64,000 bases of DNA from Callorhinchus milii (taxonomy: Eukaryota), in contig NW_024704743.1 in NCBI RefSeq assembly GCF_018977255.1, positions 86,244,001-86,308,000 of the forward strand, given 5' to 3'. The notes beneath the pieces were generated by a model. It saw only the letters and a list, made by a program, of their open reading frames with translations. It was not told where the DNA came from and ran no database searches. Numbering within the stretch: position 1 is the stretch's first letter; every line of letters begins with the position of its first letter. Below are positions 25,470 to 38,800 of this stretch, piece after piece. A program made the position numbers and the translations under genes.

Positions 25470-28400
25470 CAATTTATCATGTTTTTACAAGATAGTTTTC
25501 TAAATTTCTTAAAAAGAATGGCAGAAACCCAGTTTCCAAATTGAGACTGAATATAAACAATTTCCAAAATTCTGAATGACCTTTGTATTTTCAGACAATT
25601 AATATAAGGTCAAGACCATAAAGATTCTCTGACATCCAAAATAAGTTGCAATTTTCTGAAAAAAAACCTATGAACAAAAGTAAAGAGTTCCTGGTTTTGT
25701 GTATGTTAATTAAAACAGCCTGTTGATAGCAGACTTAAACATTTTCGGTTTGGTGAATTTGACACTTGCTTTTAAAGAGTGTGCTTTATTTAAAAAAAAA
25801 GTCATTCTTTGAATATTAATGGCACTGGGAGGAAGGGTGAAATGTAAATATGTTTTGAGGCTTTTTTTGTGTTATCAAAACCTCTGTCCTCGTGTCGAAT
25901 CAGGTACAAATGAGTCTTCAATTTAGTAGAGGAGACATTTGGCTCAGTGAGCTGAAGTGGAAACTACTTGGTCATTCTCAGAGATACTTCCCTGCAAACC
26001 ACATTATATATTCCCTCCCCTCTCTCCCCACCAGATGTGCAAAAGTGTTTAGTTCTTTTAATATAGCAATAATCGGTATTGACTGTGTAAAAAGTCATTC
26101 CCTCTGAGTTTCTTCATCGGGAGCAGAATATAGTGGTGGGATGCAGGGGTGTAGTGCCATCCAGTGGTGCAATACTAAAACCTAATGCAGAGTCCACTAA
26201 ATTGTCTGACCAGTTTGGGTGTATTTTATTTGCCCTGCGCGTAGGGCCCTTTTGATTTGTTTCTTGATCTGGATACAGAGCATAACCTTATTCCCCTGGC
26301 TTGGTACCTTGCTCAGTATTGGGATTTTTCAGCTGATGTGGCTGGCTTTGCAGTGTGGATAATGTTAAAACAATCAACAGGAAATATTTTCAGATTAACC
26401 CAGTGTTTTAGAAAAACGTTTTCTTCCTCAACACTACTATTGAAATTCAATACCTACTTAAAATCTGGGAAAAGCGGAACTGACAAACCTGTATTTTTTG
26501 GTAATAATGAGCTTGACGTTGCATTATATCCAAATGTTGATGAGGTGGTCGTGAATCAGATTGTAAATAGCCATAATAATGGTAATGGTAATCAGAAGTG
26601 TGTGGAATAAGGAAACTTGCCTAAGGTTTTGCCCTGCCCGGGAATCAAACCCTAATCCTCTCGCTTGCGAGGCAACTTCTCTAAATGATACGTTACACAA
26701 TTCCACAGTATCATTATTTAAATGTATTTAAAACTCCAGTCTTCCTTTCCCTGCCCCTTCTCCTCCTCCCCTCCCCCACCAGATTGCCTACATTAATGTA
26801 AGATCACTAATTCTCAATGATCGGTGGCTGAATTTTGATCTTCTTGTGCTATACAAGCGAGTTCCTAAAAAGGATGGCCTGGCAGCCGTTAACTCACACA
26901 AGCTTGTTGCATGCCTCATGGAGTTACTTCACACATGCGGAATGAGTAATCTTGCATTGCCATCATCAGTCAGAGGTTCATTCTATTCACATCTGTGAAC
27001 TTTGACACCACATTGACGTCCCAGACACTTTTCCCTGAATCATCTAGGATGACTGCCCTCTGAATTAGATCCTTAGTGGGGCCAAAAAATCATCTAAAGA
27101 AAGCTGTAGTATTAGCTCTGAGGCAATCTCAAGTTGACACCAAATTCTTACAAGTTGGGTTTTTCTGGGTCTGATCATGAGGTGCCAGACAAGTTATTTC
27201 TTTCCTGAGGAGCACTTGTCATACCTCAGTAATGTATGTTCTGAAATTGGTGCTATCATCATAAGACCATTTAGTGAACATTGCAATCTCAGCCTTCAGT
27301 TCTGACAATCTGTTATAATAATATTTCCTTAAAATCTAGCATTCAGGGGCTTAAGCTATTTAAAATTAAGCTGGGTCACTTAATTTGAAAAGTTAATTTG
27401 CAAAATAAACCCTGAATTCCTGTGAGTTTTTAATCCCTTTTTGTTGGAGCTACAATAGTCCAGTGAAAACTACCGGGATTAGTTTTGCATAAGGTTAGAA
27501 TTGTTTCTACGTGCCTCAGAAATTGTATAACTTTCTCATGAACTGTGTGTGTGCGCATGTGTGTACAGTTCTTTGTAACCCTGTAAACCACACATTGTGT
27601 TACTAGGGAATTTGAAAGATATGTGTATTCGTACTGGAAACACAAGACATTCAAAACAAACCAATACCCAAAGATAACTATTGGGTGTCAGAAATAAGAT
27701 TAACAACGAGTATGTGCAATATCCACATTCCTAACAATATGCACTATTTGGCCTCTTTCCTCCTCCAAGGTTCCAACTAGTACATGGGTGGCCAAAGCTC
27801 CCATATACACCATATTCCTTCTCTCCCAGAGGTACCAACGGTGATAGGATTTCTTCCACCGTCATCACCTCTAGCATCTGCAGGAGGTCTCCTCTTGCAC
27901 CCCATGCTGGCTATAGCTGTGCAGAATCTATCTCTGAGAGGAAAACATGCATAGTCAATAAATTTTCCTTTGTGAGCTTGCCAATGTTTAGGAAATGGGC
28001 AAGTGTTGGGCGTTTGAATCAAGAGTCCCTGAAAGTCATCCCATTCTGATCGTGTTACCATCCCAGCTCATTGAGTGCCATCCTCCTCTTCAGAAGTATA
28101 TAATGGAATTCAACCACAACAACAAATTTACATTTACTTCACACCTTTCACATTGAGAGAATATTCAAGGCTGCCATGCATTCTTCCTTTGTCTGAACCA
28201 GCTAAGGTTGTCGGTGGACCTGAAGAAACATTTTCTATGAGCCATCAGTCAATGTGAGTGCCAGTTACCCTCCAGACTTCAGTCTTCTTCTGCTTTGTCA
28301 CACTCCACTAAACACCATGATATTTGTGCTTCCATTACTCATTTAAACCATTATGTATGTATAATTGCCATGTCCAAGAGGCAATTGGCATCTTGCTCAT

Positions 28401-29603
28401 TTTGTTGAATTGAGATCAATGAGATTCTTGTTCTGAAAATAGCTTCTGATTGTCCTTGATCCATCTGTTGCTTTTTGACCTTGCCAGAGATTAACACTGG
28501 GTGAAATTAATGTGGGACCACTGCCCAGACCCCTTTACTCAACCAGTGTAAGGCTAATGGAATTTCGAGCACTTAAGTGTTGAAAATCTCCCTGTCTTTC
28601 CTCATCTGAAGGAGAGGGAAACATATGCATTGCTACTGCTTATACAAAGCCCACTCCCATTGTACTGCGGTGTTTTGGGGTCCATAAAGTTAGACCCAGG
28701 GTTTATAATGGGAGAGGGGTTTGGGGTGAAAAAAGATTGCTGCTGACATTGCTTTCCGGGAGTCTGCCAATCCACCCTGGAAGTTTTTCTGCCACTGGTA
28801 TTTATTGTGCATAGTGAGTGTGTCAATAACTTGGCTGTAAACTCGAGATACCAGAGACTGCGACAGATTCTGATAGGTTATAATTGTGCACGACTGTGCT
28901 CTCCCCCCACAAAAAAACCACACCCTTTATTGGATTAATAGAACTCAAATTTATATTCCAGGTGGAACCCAAATAAATTCCACCTAAATAAATTGCACCC
29001 CAGATGGATCCTCGTGTGAATTCGACTTTTTTACAATAAAGGTTGCAAGTCAGAACTAGAGGACAGACCCTACCTGCTGTGGATATTCTCATGTGCATAT
29101 AATATTAATGGTCCAAATAGTAGCCTAGCTGCTCAACGCTGTATTGGTTTTAAATCTAGATGTTGTCCCATTAATGACTCACATTGTGCACAAGGCTATT
29201 ACTGAAATTATATTCTCAGTGGTGAACTGCTGTTAGAGAGGAATAGGGTGTGGGGGAGGATATCTTCAATGTGAACCAACTTTCTAACTTTGCTCTCCAC
29301 TGTACCACTGTGACTGGGAGGAAAAATTCAGCGCGGCATCTTGTTTACAATTTCCGTGGTTCTTGTGTAATCTTATAATTTTACTCTGTTCCTTGGACCA
29401 TATTGATTGTAGTTTTTTTTTACAATGTTCATACATGCTCTGTGCATTGTGTTATTTATTTTGAACTTGTTTAATCTGATCAGTTCAATCTGCATAAGGA
29501 AGTGAAATAGGAATATATTACTCCATTGCCCTTTGACTGCTTGCTTCCTATAATGGGTTTTCTTTGCTACATCTTTCACTTTCTTTCCCCCCCTCAACCA
29601 CAC

Positions 29604-29908
29604 ATAATAATAATAATCCTTTCGCTTTTCACATCGGGAGGACGTTCCCAAAGCGCTTCACAGAACACACTGTAAAGTGAATTGACTGTATATTTGTGGG
29701 CGAACGCGGCAGCCAATTGCGCACAGCAATGTCCCACAAACAGTCGTAGATTGAAAATGACCAATTTATTATTATTTTTGGTTTTTGAGGGATTATTATT
29801 AGGAGTGTGGAGTAAGGAAACTTGCCCAAGGTTTCGCCCTGTCTGGAATTGAACTCAGGTCTCTCGCTTGCAAAGCGAGTGCTCTAACCCCTGAGCTACA
29901 GGACTCCA
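29604..29908 (-). mobile_element. tRNA-derived SINE, full length
   Basis: Very similar to 21863-22179 and 55836-56153 by eye, with a small tail deletion. Confidence 0.92.
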
Positions 29909-30124
29909 CATGCTTGTGAAGGGGCTTGATCAGTAATTTATGGACAGAAGAGATTGTTGTACTTTCTGCTGTTCCATAAATCAATGAACCTTAGAATGAA
30001 ATTTTTAAATGAAATTCACTATTGCCAAGATCTGTAAACATGCTAATGAAGACAGAATAGGTATTCGTCCTCTTGCCTCCCCTCTACCACCCCCCCTCCC
30101 CCCCACTGAATTTCAATACAATAC

Positions 30125-30585
30125 ACGTTACATTTATGTAGCGCCTTGCGAGGACATCTCAAAGCAGTTGACAATGGTGGATGGGCACCCAAGATGGGGG
30201 AATGAGTTGAGGGGAGTGAGAAAGGAAAAGGTGCAGTCAAAGAGATGTGTTTGTATGAGTGTACGGAGGAAGTGAGTTGGAGGGATACCGGGATGGAGTT
30301 TGAGAGAACAAGAGCAGAATGATTGCAAGCTAACCTGCTGAAGGTGGGGCAGATAGGCTGGAGGACTTGAAGCAGGCCATGTTCATTGAGCGAAGGGAGC
30401 AGCTATGTCAGTGTGGTTGAAGAAGGTTGCAGAGGTAGGGTGGAGTGAGACTAAGTAGGTATTTGATTGTGAGAACAAAGAGCATGAAATCATTTCACTG
30501 AGGGGTGAGGAGCCAGTGGAGGAGAGAACATGAGCTAAAAATTTCTGGATAGTCTGTAGTTTGTGTTGGGAAGAGCCAGGACGAT
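30125..30585 (-). mobile_element. Degraded L2 LINE 3' fragment
   Basis: HKLQTIQKFLAHVLS and THLFDCTF remnants, plus an L2-type tail at about 30125-30165. Confidence 0.65.
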
Positions 30586-31104
30586 TTGCCAGTCGGAGAA
30601 AAAGAGAAAGTAATGATCCTGTCACTTCTTTGTGTCAGAATTTTTTTCTCTTCCAATAACATTTTGTTTTCCTGAGGAAGAACTTATTGTATAAAGTACT
30701 TGGACTTTTTGTGTGAAAATAACTTTCTTCCTTTGGGAAAGATTGCAGATTATTAAGACATCCATGTGCATACTGGAGTAACTCCAGTTTACTGTTTACT
30801 GGAGTTATTATTAAATCCATTGGTTTTGATGGGAGCCAGATCTTACCAGCCTCGGGGATAATCCAGAGCTGGCGAGTCCAAAGGAATTATTCCTATACAG
30901 GTTGGTGGAGCCACCTATAGTTAGCTATATAATTTGAATTGATTAGTAGGGAGTGAACAGTTAGCCTTGAATATATTGTATAGAACTGAGGGGTCCCTCC
31001 TAACTGTGAATAGATGCAAAGTGCTTTGTACAGAAAACATTCCACCTACATTATCTTAAGTCATTTTAGTATGAAGACTGGGTAGCGGCAGAACAACAAC
31101 AAAG

Positions 31105-31612
31105 CAGGGTGGAGGCAGGGAGATCGAAAGCACGGTTGAAGAGGATGGTCTTGAGATGGGTATTGATGGTGGCAAGGGAGAGGGCGAGGCAAAGGGACTG
31201 CAGGATGGAAGTCCAGAGGGTGTGGGCAGAGTGGCAGATGGCCCGTCCACCAATAGTGGGGTGAGTGAGGCAGGGGACATGAAGCAGGCTGGAGCCCGCT
31301 GAGCAGAGGGAGTAAGCAGGATGGTAAGGGGTTAGGAGGTTGCAGAGGTATGGAGGAGCAAGACCATGGAGGGCTTTGAAGGTGAGGACCAGAATCTTGA
31401 ACTGTATCCTCTGTGTGACAGGAAGCCAGTGGAGTTGGGCGAAGATGGGGGTGATAGGGTCACGGAGTCTAGTGCGGGAGAGGACGCAGGCTCCAGAGTT
31501 CTGGATGATCTGCAGCCTACAGAGGGAGGAATTGGGAAGGTTGAAGAGCAGTGAGTTAGCATAGTTAAGCTTTGATGAAATGAAAGCATGTATGAGGGTT
31601 TCAGCGAACTGC
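31105..31612 (-). mobile_element. L2 LINE fragment
   Basis: 183-aa frame AETLIHAFISSKLNYANSLL...LHWLPVTQRIQFKILVLTFKALHGLAP. Confidence 0.9.
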
Positions 31613-33736
31613 GCCAACTGGCTGAATGGCCCCTCCTGTTGCTTTTTTTCTAATAAATATTTTATGGCATTCGAAAAGCCAGATCATGCTACACTGAGCT
31701 TAAATTGGTTTGACCACTGGGATCGGTTTCCAATGCTGAAGAAGATGTTAATTGCCCACTCAGCTAATGGCAACAAGCCAAAGACAGATGAACTCACTCG
31801 ATGCATTATCCAAAGTGGCTGTTTTCAAGCCAGGACATCACAGGTCTCTCGCAGGCTGCTCTTACTCGGTGAAATAAGAGTTTGTTTAAAATAAGAGTTT
31901 CTCCTCTTGGTTTAGAGATATGTAAAATAACTTTATTTCCTCTGTCTTTTTAAGAGAAGTACTTTTTAAATTTCAAACTCTTATTTCTTTCTGCTCCCCT
32001 CCCACTTTAAAAAAAAACTTCTCCCAGTAATATTTTAAGATGTAGCACCTTCCGATGTAAGGAATCAAATTCTTCCGATCCTGCTTCTAAATCAAACATT
32101 GGAATGTAGCAGAAACTACATAAAATAGTACCAATGACCGAATGTTTTGAAGTTTTCAAAATTGATCCAGAAGATTTTAGGTTTAAAAGATGGAAGCATT
32201 AATATGAAAACTGGTGAGCAAATTATTGCAGAAATGCTGCTATAAAGCGAGGCTGATTTAGTTTTGCTTCATGAAGCCTTGAAGTGCGCTATTGCTTACA
32301 GAACTAGCTCAGCTCCAGCTGTTGGCATGTTAGGCTCAGTTAGCCCATCTTTTGGTTTCCTGGAACTTGTTACTGTTGGAGCAGGATCAGGTATTTTGAG
32401 GGGAGATTTCTTTAATCATTAATGGCCCCTAAAGTGCTGAGTAATTTTAATAAGTGGTATCCCAGTTTGCCTTATCGTTTATAAATCTTAATGCAATGCT
32501 GACATGTGAAAACAAAGGGACTGAAACTATTACTTTGACCCAAGGATCAAAAAAAGTGCAGAGATGGGTATGTTAGATTAGCCCAGATTCTTGGTGTACA
32601 GTCCGATTCCTGTGTACTTTGACTAATTTAACCTTCGAAGTTGCACTGAAGTTTTACTGAAGAATACATGTGTTTCTGTTTTAGAAAGCCCCTTAATCCT
32701 ACCTTCTTTAATGTGTGTCTCTATGATAAAGGGTCATTTTAGTACCTATTACAGAACCAGTAATTCTCTTAGAGCCAGTGGAGATCACTTGGGACATTCA
32801 ACAATCTGTTAATAGTGAATGTGTGAAAAACTTTCGGTTTGAAGACCACAAGTCTGTCTAGTGCTTATTTAAAGATTAACATTTTAATAGACTAAATCTG
32901 TCTTTTCATTTACTTTTCTGAATGTCATTTTTTAACCAAGCAATGTGGTGAATAACATCTACAGTCAACGTAATATACAGTCTGAGCAATTCCTTTGTAA
33001 CGGGGGTTTGCTTGTCTTGCGAATGGGTTGTGGACATGGTCATTTTTTAACTTAAATTCTGATGTGACAGTCATGTCAATGGTCACGTGATTAGTGACAT
33101 TCCAATTGTAGATGCACCGATAGTGTCCCATTGAAAAGCTGACTGTCAGTCCAGCAAGCTAGATATCAGCCTGGCTCGGTTGGTAGCACTCTCACAGTGT
33201 GAAAACTCATTGCATCGCACTGACTAAGATGTGCAGTTTAGCACAAATTCCTGTGTTTGGTAAAATCTACCACACATTTCAAGTTCATTTTTGAATACAC
33301 ATTCGGACCTCTTTCTTCCTCCTTCCCTGACAAGAACACAGAAGAACTTGACTGCAGGTTAAACCTGTAATTCCCATCTGTTTTTTATTTGAATGCAATA
33401 GTTTGTTAATCTCTGTTCTCTGGGCACCTTACTATGATGATCGGTATTGACATTGGTCGATTCTGTGGTAAACCACAATGATTTTACCACAACCTGATCT
33501 ACTCGAGTGTTGCTATTACTTGCCGGGTACTATCCACCTTCTGTTCATGCTTCCCAGTTTGCACAGATTTAATGAGTAGTGTAGATTCTAAGGACAAGAG
33601 TGAAGAAAAGTGGAAATAACCTGTGGAATGTGTTCTTTTCACAAGGTGATATCCAATGCTGAGTGGAATACCCTTCAGTGAATAAATGTCAGTATATTGT
33701 GCCTATTCCAGTGGAAATCTTAAAGGAAGTATTTAC

Positions 33737-34058
33737 AATAATAATAATAATAATCCTTGCATTTGATATAGCGCTTTTCACGTCGGGAGGACGTCCCAAA
33801 GCGCTTCACAGAACACACTGCAAAGTGAATTGACTGTATATTTGTGGGCGAACGCGGCAGCCAATTGCGCACAGCAATGTCCCACAAACAGTCGTAGATT
33901 GCAAATGACCAATTTATTATTGTTTTTGGTTTTGGAGGGATTATTATTAGGCATGTGGAGTAAAGAAACTTACCCAAGGTTTTGCCCTCTGCCTGGAATT
34001 GAACTCAGTTCTCTCGCTTGCAAAGCGAGTGCTCTAACCACTGAGCTACAGGACTCCA
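33737..34058 (-). mobile_element. tRNA-derived SINE, full length
   Basis: Near-consensus copy about 400 bp upstream of the RSPO2 terminal exon. Confidence 0.92.
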
Positions 34059-34461
34059 TTATACAATGTATAATGATCTGAACCAGAAAGATGCCAGAGT
34101 TAATGTTGGTCCTCATTTAGACTGAGTTAGCTGATTGATGAGAATATTACAATTATCCTTGTTATTTCTGATCCCTGGCTAGGGAGGGAGATAGAGGAAG
34201 AAGGGAAACTATCTTTGCTGAGAAGTATGCGCCTTGAGGTAATCAGACAGGATCAAGCTTGTCTGTGATGTACCCCATGGATATCTCTGTCGAGGCTTCT
34301 GTTTGAAGACTGGCCATTTGGGTGATGTAGCTCCAGTATTGTTGCAGAGCTTACTCCCAATATTACATTCTACCAGGCACAAGGTTTAATTGTGCTAAAA
34401 TGTCTGAAAACCCAGTTTGCCTAAGAAAAAGTAACCTTGATGTTTTGCTTTCTGTTTCCAG

Positions 34462-34580
34462 AGAAAAGCCAGAGAACAAAAGGCAAGGGTGGTAACAACA
34501 GAAAAAAGAAAAAGAAAAACCGATCGAAGGCCCACAAACAACACAGTGTCCTGCAAGCTACAGAGAGCACTGACCAGTAA
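34462..34580 (+). CDS. RSPO2: R-spondin 2, last coding exon (basic C-terminal tail)
   Basis: A polypyrimidine tract and acceptor (tgttttgctttctgtttccAG, AG at 34460-34461) precede a phase-1 frame (x)KSQRTKGKGGNNRKKKKKNRSKAHKQHSVLQATESTDQ*, with TAA at 34578-34580. This resembles the human RSPO2 C-terminus as I recall it (...KRNKKKKRKLIERAQEQHSVFLATDRANQ*) in the Lys run, QHSV, AT and terminal Q. I found no upstream TSP1 or furin-domain exons in the window. Confidence 0.88.
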
Positions 34581-35225
34581 AAGGACAAACCCATTTATTA
34601 TGCAAAGTGCACAATGCTGCTATCCGCTCCTGCACACTCCGCACTGCAGTTGTGCTGCTTTGACAGTATTGGTGGCAAATAACTTGTGTGAGAAAGTCCA
34701 CAAGTGTGTTTGTTTTATTTATACTTTTCATTTGTTTTCCCTCCATTGATCCGAATGGGATGAGCAAACCTGGGCTCTGCCGCCGACGAGAGGAGGAAGT
34801 GTGCTGGTGTCTTTCACGAAGGCTTGTCACGAGGATGGCCGATGGGCTGCCAGCCATTAAAATAATTAAACACTAAAACCAATCTCTGCTTGAATAGCTG
34901 CAAACAAAATGGAAAACGGACAAGTGCTGTATATTTATATGAAAGAAGAGATTGTAAAGCAGGAAGAGGACTGTTCATTTATGGCGTTTTTGTCTCCTTT
35001 ATTGTACATTCCAACCCCCCTTATATATTTGAATACATGCATAGCTACAATGTATGTAATCCTCAGCACAGATTCTGTTGACAGTCGCTGAAATAAAATG
35101 CTTAAAGGCTGTAATTGTATAAAACAAGAAATGACCAACAGCTCATTGCTCGACTGGCATGGCTGTCACCATGTGTACACAGTGCTGAGAGTACCCATAA
35201 TAAACGTATTTACTGTACATGTAAG
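34581..35225 (+). other. RSPO2: RSPO2 3' UTR (approximate end)
   Basis: Follows the stop codon and lacks the repeats that fill the rest of the window until about 35465. Contains AATAAA at 35092-35097 and 35199-35204. Confidence 0.65.
35092..35204 (+). terminator. Candidate polyadenylation signals of RSPO2 (two AATAAA)
   Basis: AATAAA at 35092-35097 and 35199-35204, with TGTA motifs nearby. ATTAAA variants occur at 34856 and 35334. Confidence 0.5.
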
Positions 35226-38200
35226 CATCCCAATGTGTGAAACGTGTGATTCATCACAGCCAAAAACTGCTTTGTTTTCCATTCCATGACCTTCCCTGAA
35301 GTCCACTTTTTGGTGACCATTGTTAGTGATGTTATTAAAAGAAAACTACAGAAGAATCGTACAACCTGACCCCCTTACTAAAACCACCATTATTTATCGT
35401 GACATCTTTTCTTCTGATCCTCGGGACTGAAGAGTCCCTTGTATTTGAAATAAATTCAGAATATCGCACATAATAATAATGATCCTTGCATTTGATATAT
35501 ACTGCCTCATCATGTTGTTGAGACGTCTCAAAAGTGTTTCACATAATATTGTAAAGTGAATTGCCTGTTTATTTTGTGGGCGAAACATGGCAGCCATGTA
35601 AATAAATGGCATCAGATTTAACATAATTTAATGCATGAACCCTCAGTTTCCACCCCTTTGTTTGCAAGTGTTGTAGTAGGTGATAATAATCCCTCAAGAA
35701 AAAAAATTATAATTTGATCTCTTCCATACACGACTGTTTGTGAGACACTGCTGTGCGCAATTGGCTGCCGCGTTATTCTGTGAAGTGCTTTGAGACGCCT
35801 GGCAGACATGAAAAGTGCAATATCAAATGCAAGGATTATTTATTATTATTATAGGTTGGAGGGTATGGACCTTAAGCTCTTGGTTAACCGAGCAAGTACC
35901 ACTTCCAAATGTACCTTTTAAAGGGATTTTGAGCTTCCCCTTCACTTAAAAGTCAAAGCTTAAACTATGTAGTATTTGTTGCGTGTGCTTTAGAAAGTTA
36001 TTTTAGGATCCTAACCCACGATTTGCTCACAAACATCTAAATGAAACGGAACTATCTGTATATCTTTTATATCTCAGACTGAAATACTTCCCTGAATGAA
36101 GGATAGAACTTTGGATACTAAAGTATTTATCTGAGTGTAATGATGTCAGATACACCTGTAATTGTTACAAAATTGTTATAATTTTAGAAATTAGGTCTTG
36201 TATAAATATTGAATCGCATGGGACATATCACGTTCTGTCTTGCATTTTTTTCTTGGTTCTGGATTCTTTTAAATAGTGACTTAATGTAAATAGTAGCTTG
36301 ATAAATAGATTAATTGGGTGATGTGTGACCTAGCTGGGCTTCTGACTAGATTTTTTTGGTGAAGTGAGTGTTTGGTTATGGTCATTCTACAGATGTCTAT
36401 GAGGTGGGAAGAGAAACTTCCCAGAGCTGTTGAGATGAGATTGATGAGGCAGGAGGTGGGGAGGAGGAGAGAGAGACCTGGAATTCAACATAAGTGTGTG
36501 AAATTGTGGGAACATTTGGATGTTTTCAATGCCCTTTATTTCATTTACACATCCTTCATTATCCCAAATTGTATTGTATTACACTGTTCTCTCTATTTAA
36601 CAAATAATTCTGTTACTTAGTCTAAGGTATTTAGATGAAAACTGGTCCAACAAAGTAATATTGTAGTGAAACACCGAATCTGCGTCGAGTTTAGGGATAA
36701 TGAAATGATTTTAGAGTACGATCAAGGTGTTAGCTGGTCATCAGACTACTTAGAGAAAGTGTTGAATAATTAAAAGACTATGGTTGACTATGGTCATTGC
36801 TTTAGTGAGGAGCATGAAATTATGAAATGCGTGGTGTCACATGCTGTGAAAGGCTTTGAAGGTGTTTGAGGTGATGACAAATGAATCGCTAAAGTGTTCC
36901 AAGAGCTGAGTGGCTGAGAAGATCACCAGTGGAGCCACAGCAAAGATAGGCAAATGAACTTTGGCAGAGCAGAAGTACACAGCATAAGTGAGCTGTAATA
37001 ATTACTCAACAGAGACGGATGACACACTGTAACCAGAGAGTAATCAAACACATTTCTATCTAAAATGGTATACTTACAATTGCTCAGGTTTGTTTCTCAA
37101 GCAAATTTGAACTTCCAAAAGAGTGGGTTCATAAATCCAGACACAAATAATTAATTGTGACATTTTTTCTGCTGTCGATGATGATGAAAGCTATTGGACG
37201 CGCCCCAAAAAGACAGTTGTGTACTGCGAAAATACTGTAGGGTCAAAATTGTGGTAATTGAACAACGGGTTCAAATATTTGAACAACAGATTTGAAGTTT
37301 ACAGATCATGGATTGGTCACCCCAAACCAGCAAAATCGGAATAAAGACCAGAGAGTGAGATAGTATCTGAGGATCTCTGTCTGCAGGGACTTTACTAAGA
37401 TTGTAAATAATTTTCAACTCTTTAACTATTAAGACCAGTGCCTTGGGACATCAGCTCAATGTGAAAGGCGCTATAGAAATATAAAAACAGAAAAAAACAA
37501 GATCCCTTTAATACTTCAGTTACATTAACATTAGCTTCAAATGTAGGTAGAACTGGCGCTAACCCAGATATAATATATTTTTAAATATTGCATTTTATAG
37601 CATGTGTTAAAGTTATAGTTTTGTCAAATAAAATAAATGTGGCAGCCATTTTCTATATAGCAAGGTCCCACGTGGAGCATCAGGTGCTTGTTCGATTCAA
37701 CTGGAAGATTATTGATCTTGGCACTGGGAGACTACACCCTTCTCTTTTTGAATGATGTCCTGATATGATTCAATCTTTGACATCCACCCGAAGAACAGGT
37801 AGGCGGAGCATTGGTTTGTTGTCCCACCTGAAAGTTGGTACGTGAACAGTGCATTGCTTCCCCCAACCACCCCATATTATATAATATAATTCAATTTGCA
37901 ATTATATTTACATGAGGCCTTTCATGGCAGGAGGACATCTTAAAGCGCTTAACACCCGAGCCGGGGGTGAGAGTCAAAGAGTGTGCAGAGGGGAGAGGTG
38001 ATCAAAAGTTGAGTCAAAAGAGACACAGTGAGTCAGAGGAACTCTGTGACAGTATCCCAGAGAACAGGGGCAAAATGTCTGAAAGCCTGATTGTGAGATG
38101 GATAGGGAGGGGGGCGTGAAGCAGGTGAGTGCTTGCTGAGTGAAGGGAGTGCTTAGATGCTGCATTGGAGTGTGGTCCAGACTGTTTGATTTAACTCTGG

Positions 38201-38647
38201 GGGTAATAATCATTTGAAATAAAAATAAAAAAATGTGGTCCATGACTGTTTGTGGGATACTGCTGTGCTCAATTGGCTGGTGCAATTCCCCCACAAAATA
38301 TACAGTCAAGTTCACTTTACAATATATGTTGTGAAGCGCTTTGAGACGTCTCAAAGACTTGATAAGGCACTATATCAAATGCAAGGATTATTGTAACTCT
38401 TGCTGCTGGGCCCCTTGAATGACTGTTAAACGTTTTTGGGGGATAACTTTTGTTCTGTACGGCTTTATTCAGATTCGCTGTTACTATTATAAAACCAGAA
38501 AGCTTGCAGCTGTGCAACATTTGATCATAACAAATGATTTGCCACACTTAACAAACTGTATAAAATTAGATCCCACTATCCTACTTTCATGAACCAGACA
38601 AATGTGTTTTCTCTTCAGCCAAATTGGCCCTATTGAAGAATACTTTA

Positions 38648-38800
38648 GCTCCTCTATCCCTCCCAACCCTCTCCCTTTCCCATCTCCCTCCCTCCATTCC
38701 TTCTCTCTATCTTTGTTCCTCTCTCTACCTTTTCCTCCCATCTCTCTCTCTCTTCCCCACTCTCTCACACTCTTTCCCTCTCTCTCCCCCTCTCTCTCTT
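38648..38800. repeat. CT-rich low-complexity tract
   Basis: About 150 bp of almost pure pyrimidines on the + strand. Confidence 0.85.

Larger units (their letters stand above)
1..34461 (+). other. RSPO2: 3' part of the last intron of RSPO2 (inferred)
   Basis: Lies upstream of the terminal-exon acceptor. I found no TSP1-domain exon (WxxW...C...CGFKWG-like) in it. Confidence 0.6.

Noticed and set aside
27777..28500. Possible decayed RTE or DNA-transposon coding remnant
   Set aside because: Only vague motif resemblance; it cannot be supported without a search.
34489..34876. Track ORFs overlapping the RSPO2 exon and UTR
   Set aside because: Wrong frames or strand. The RSPO2-like frame ends at TAA 34578-34580.
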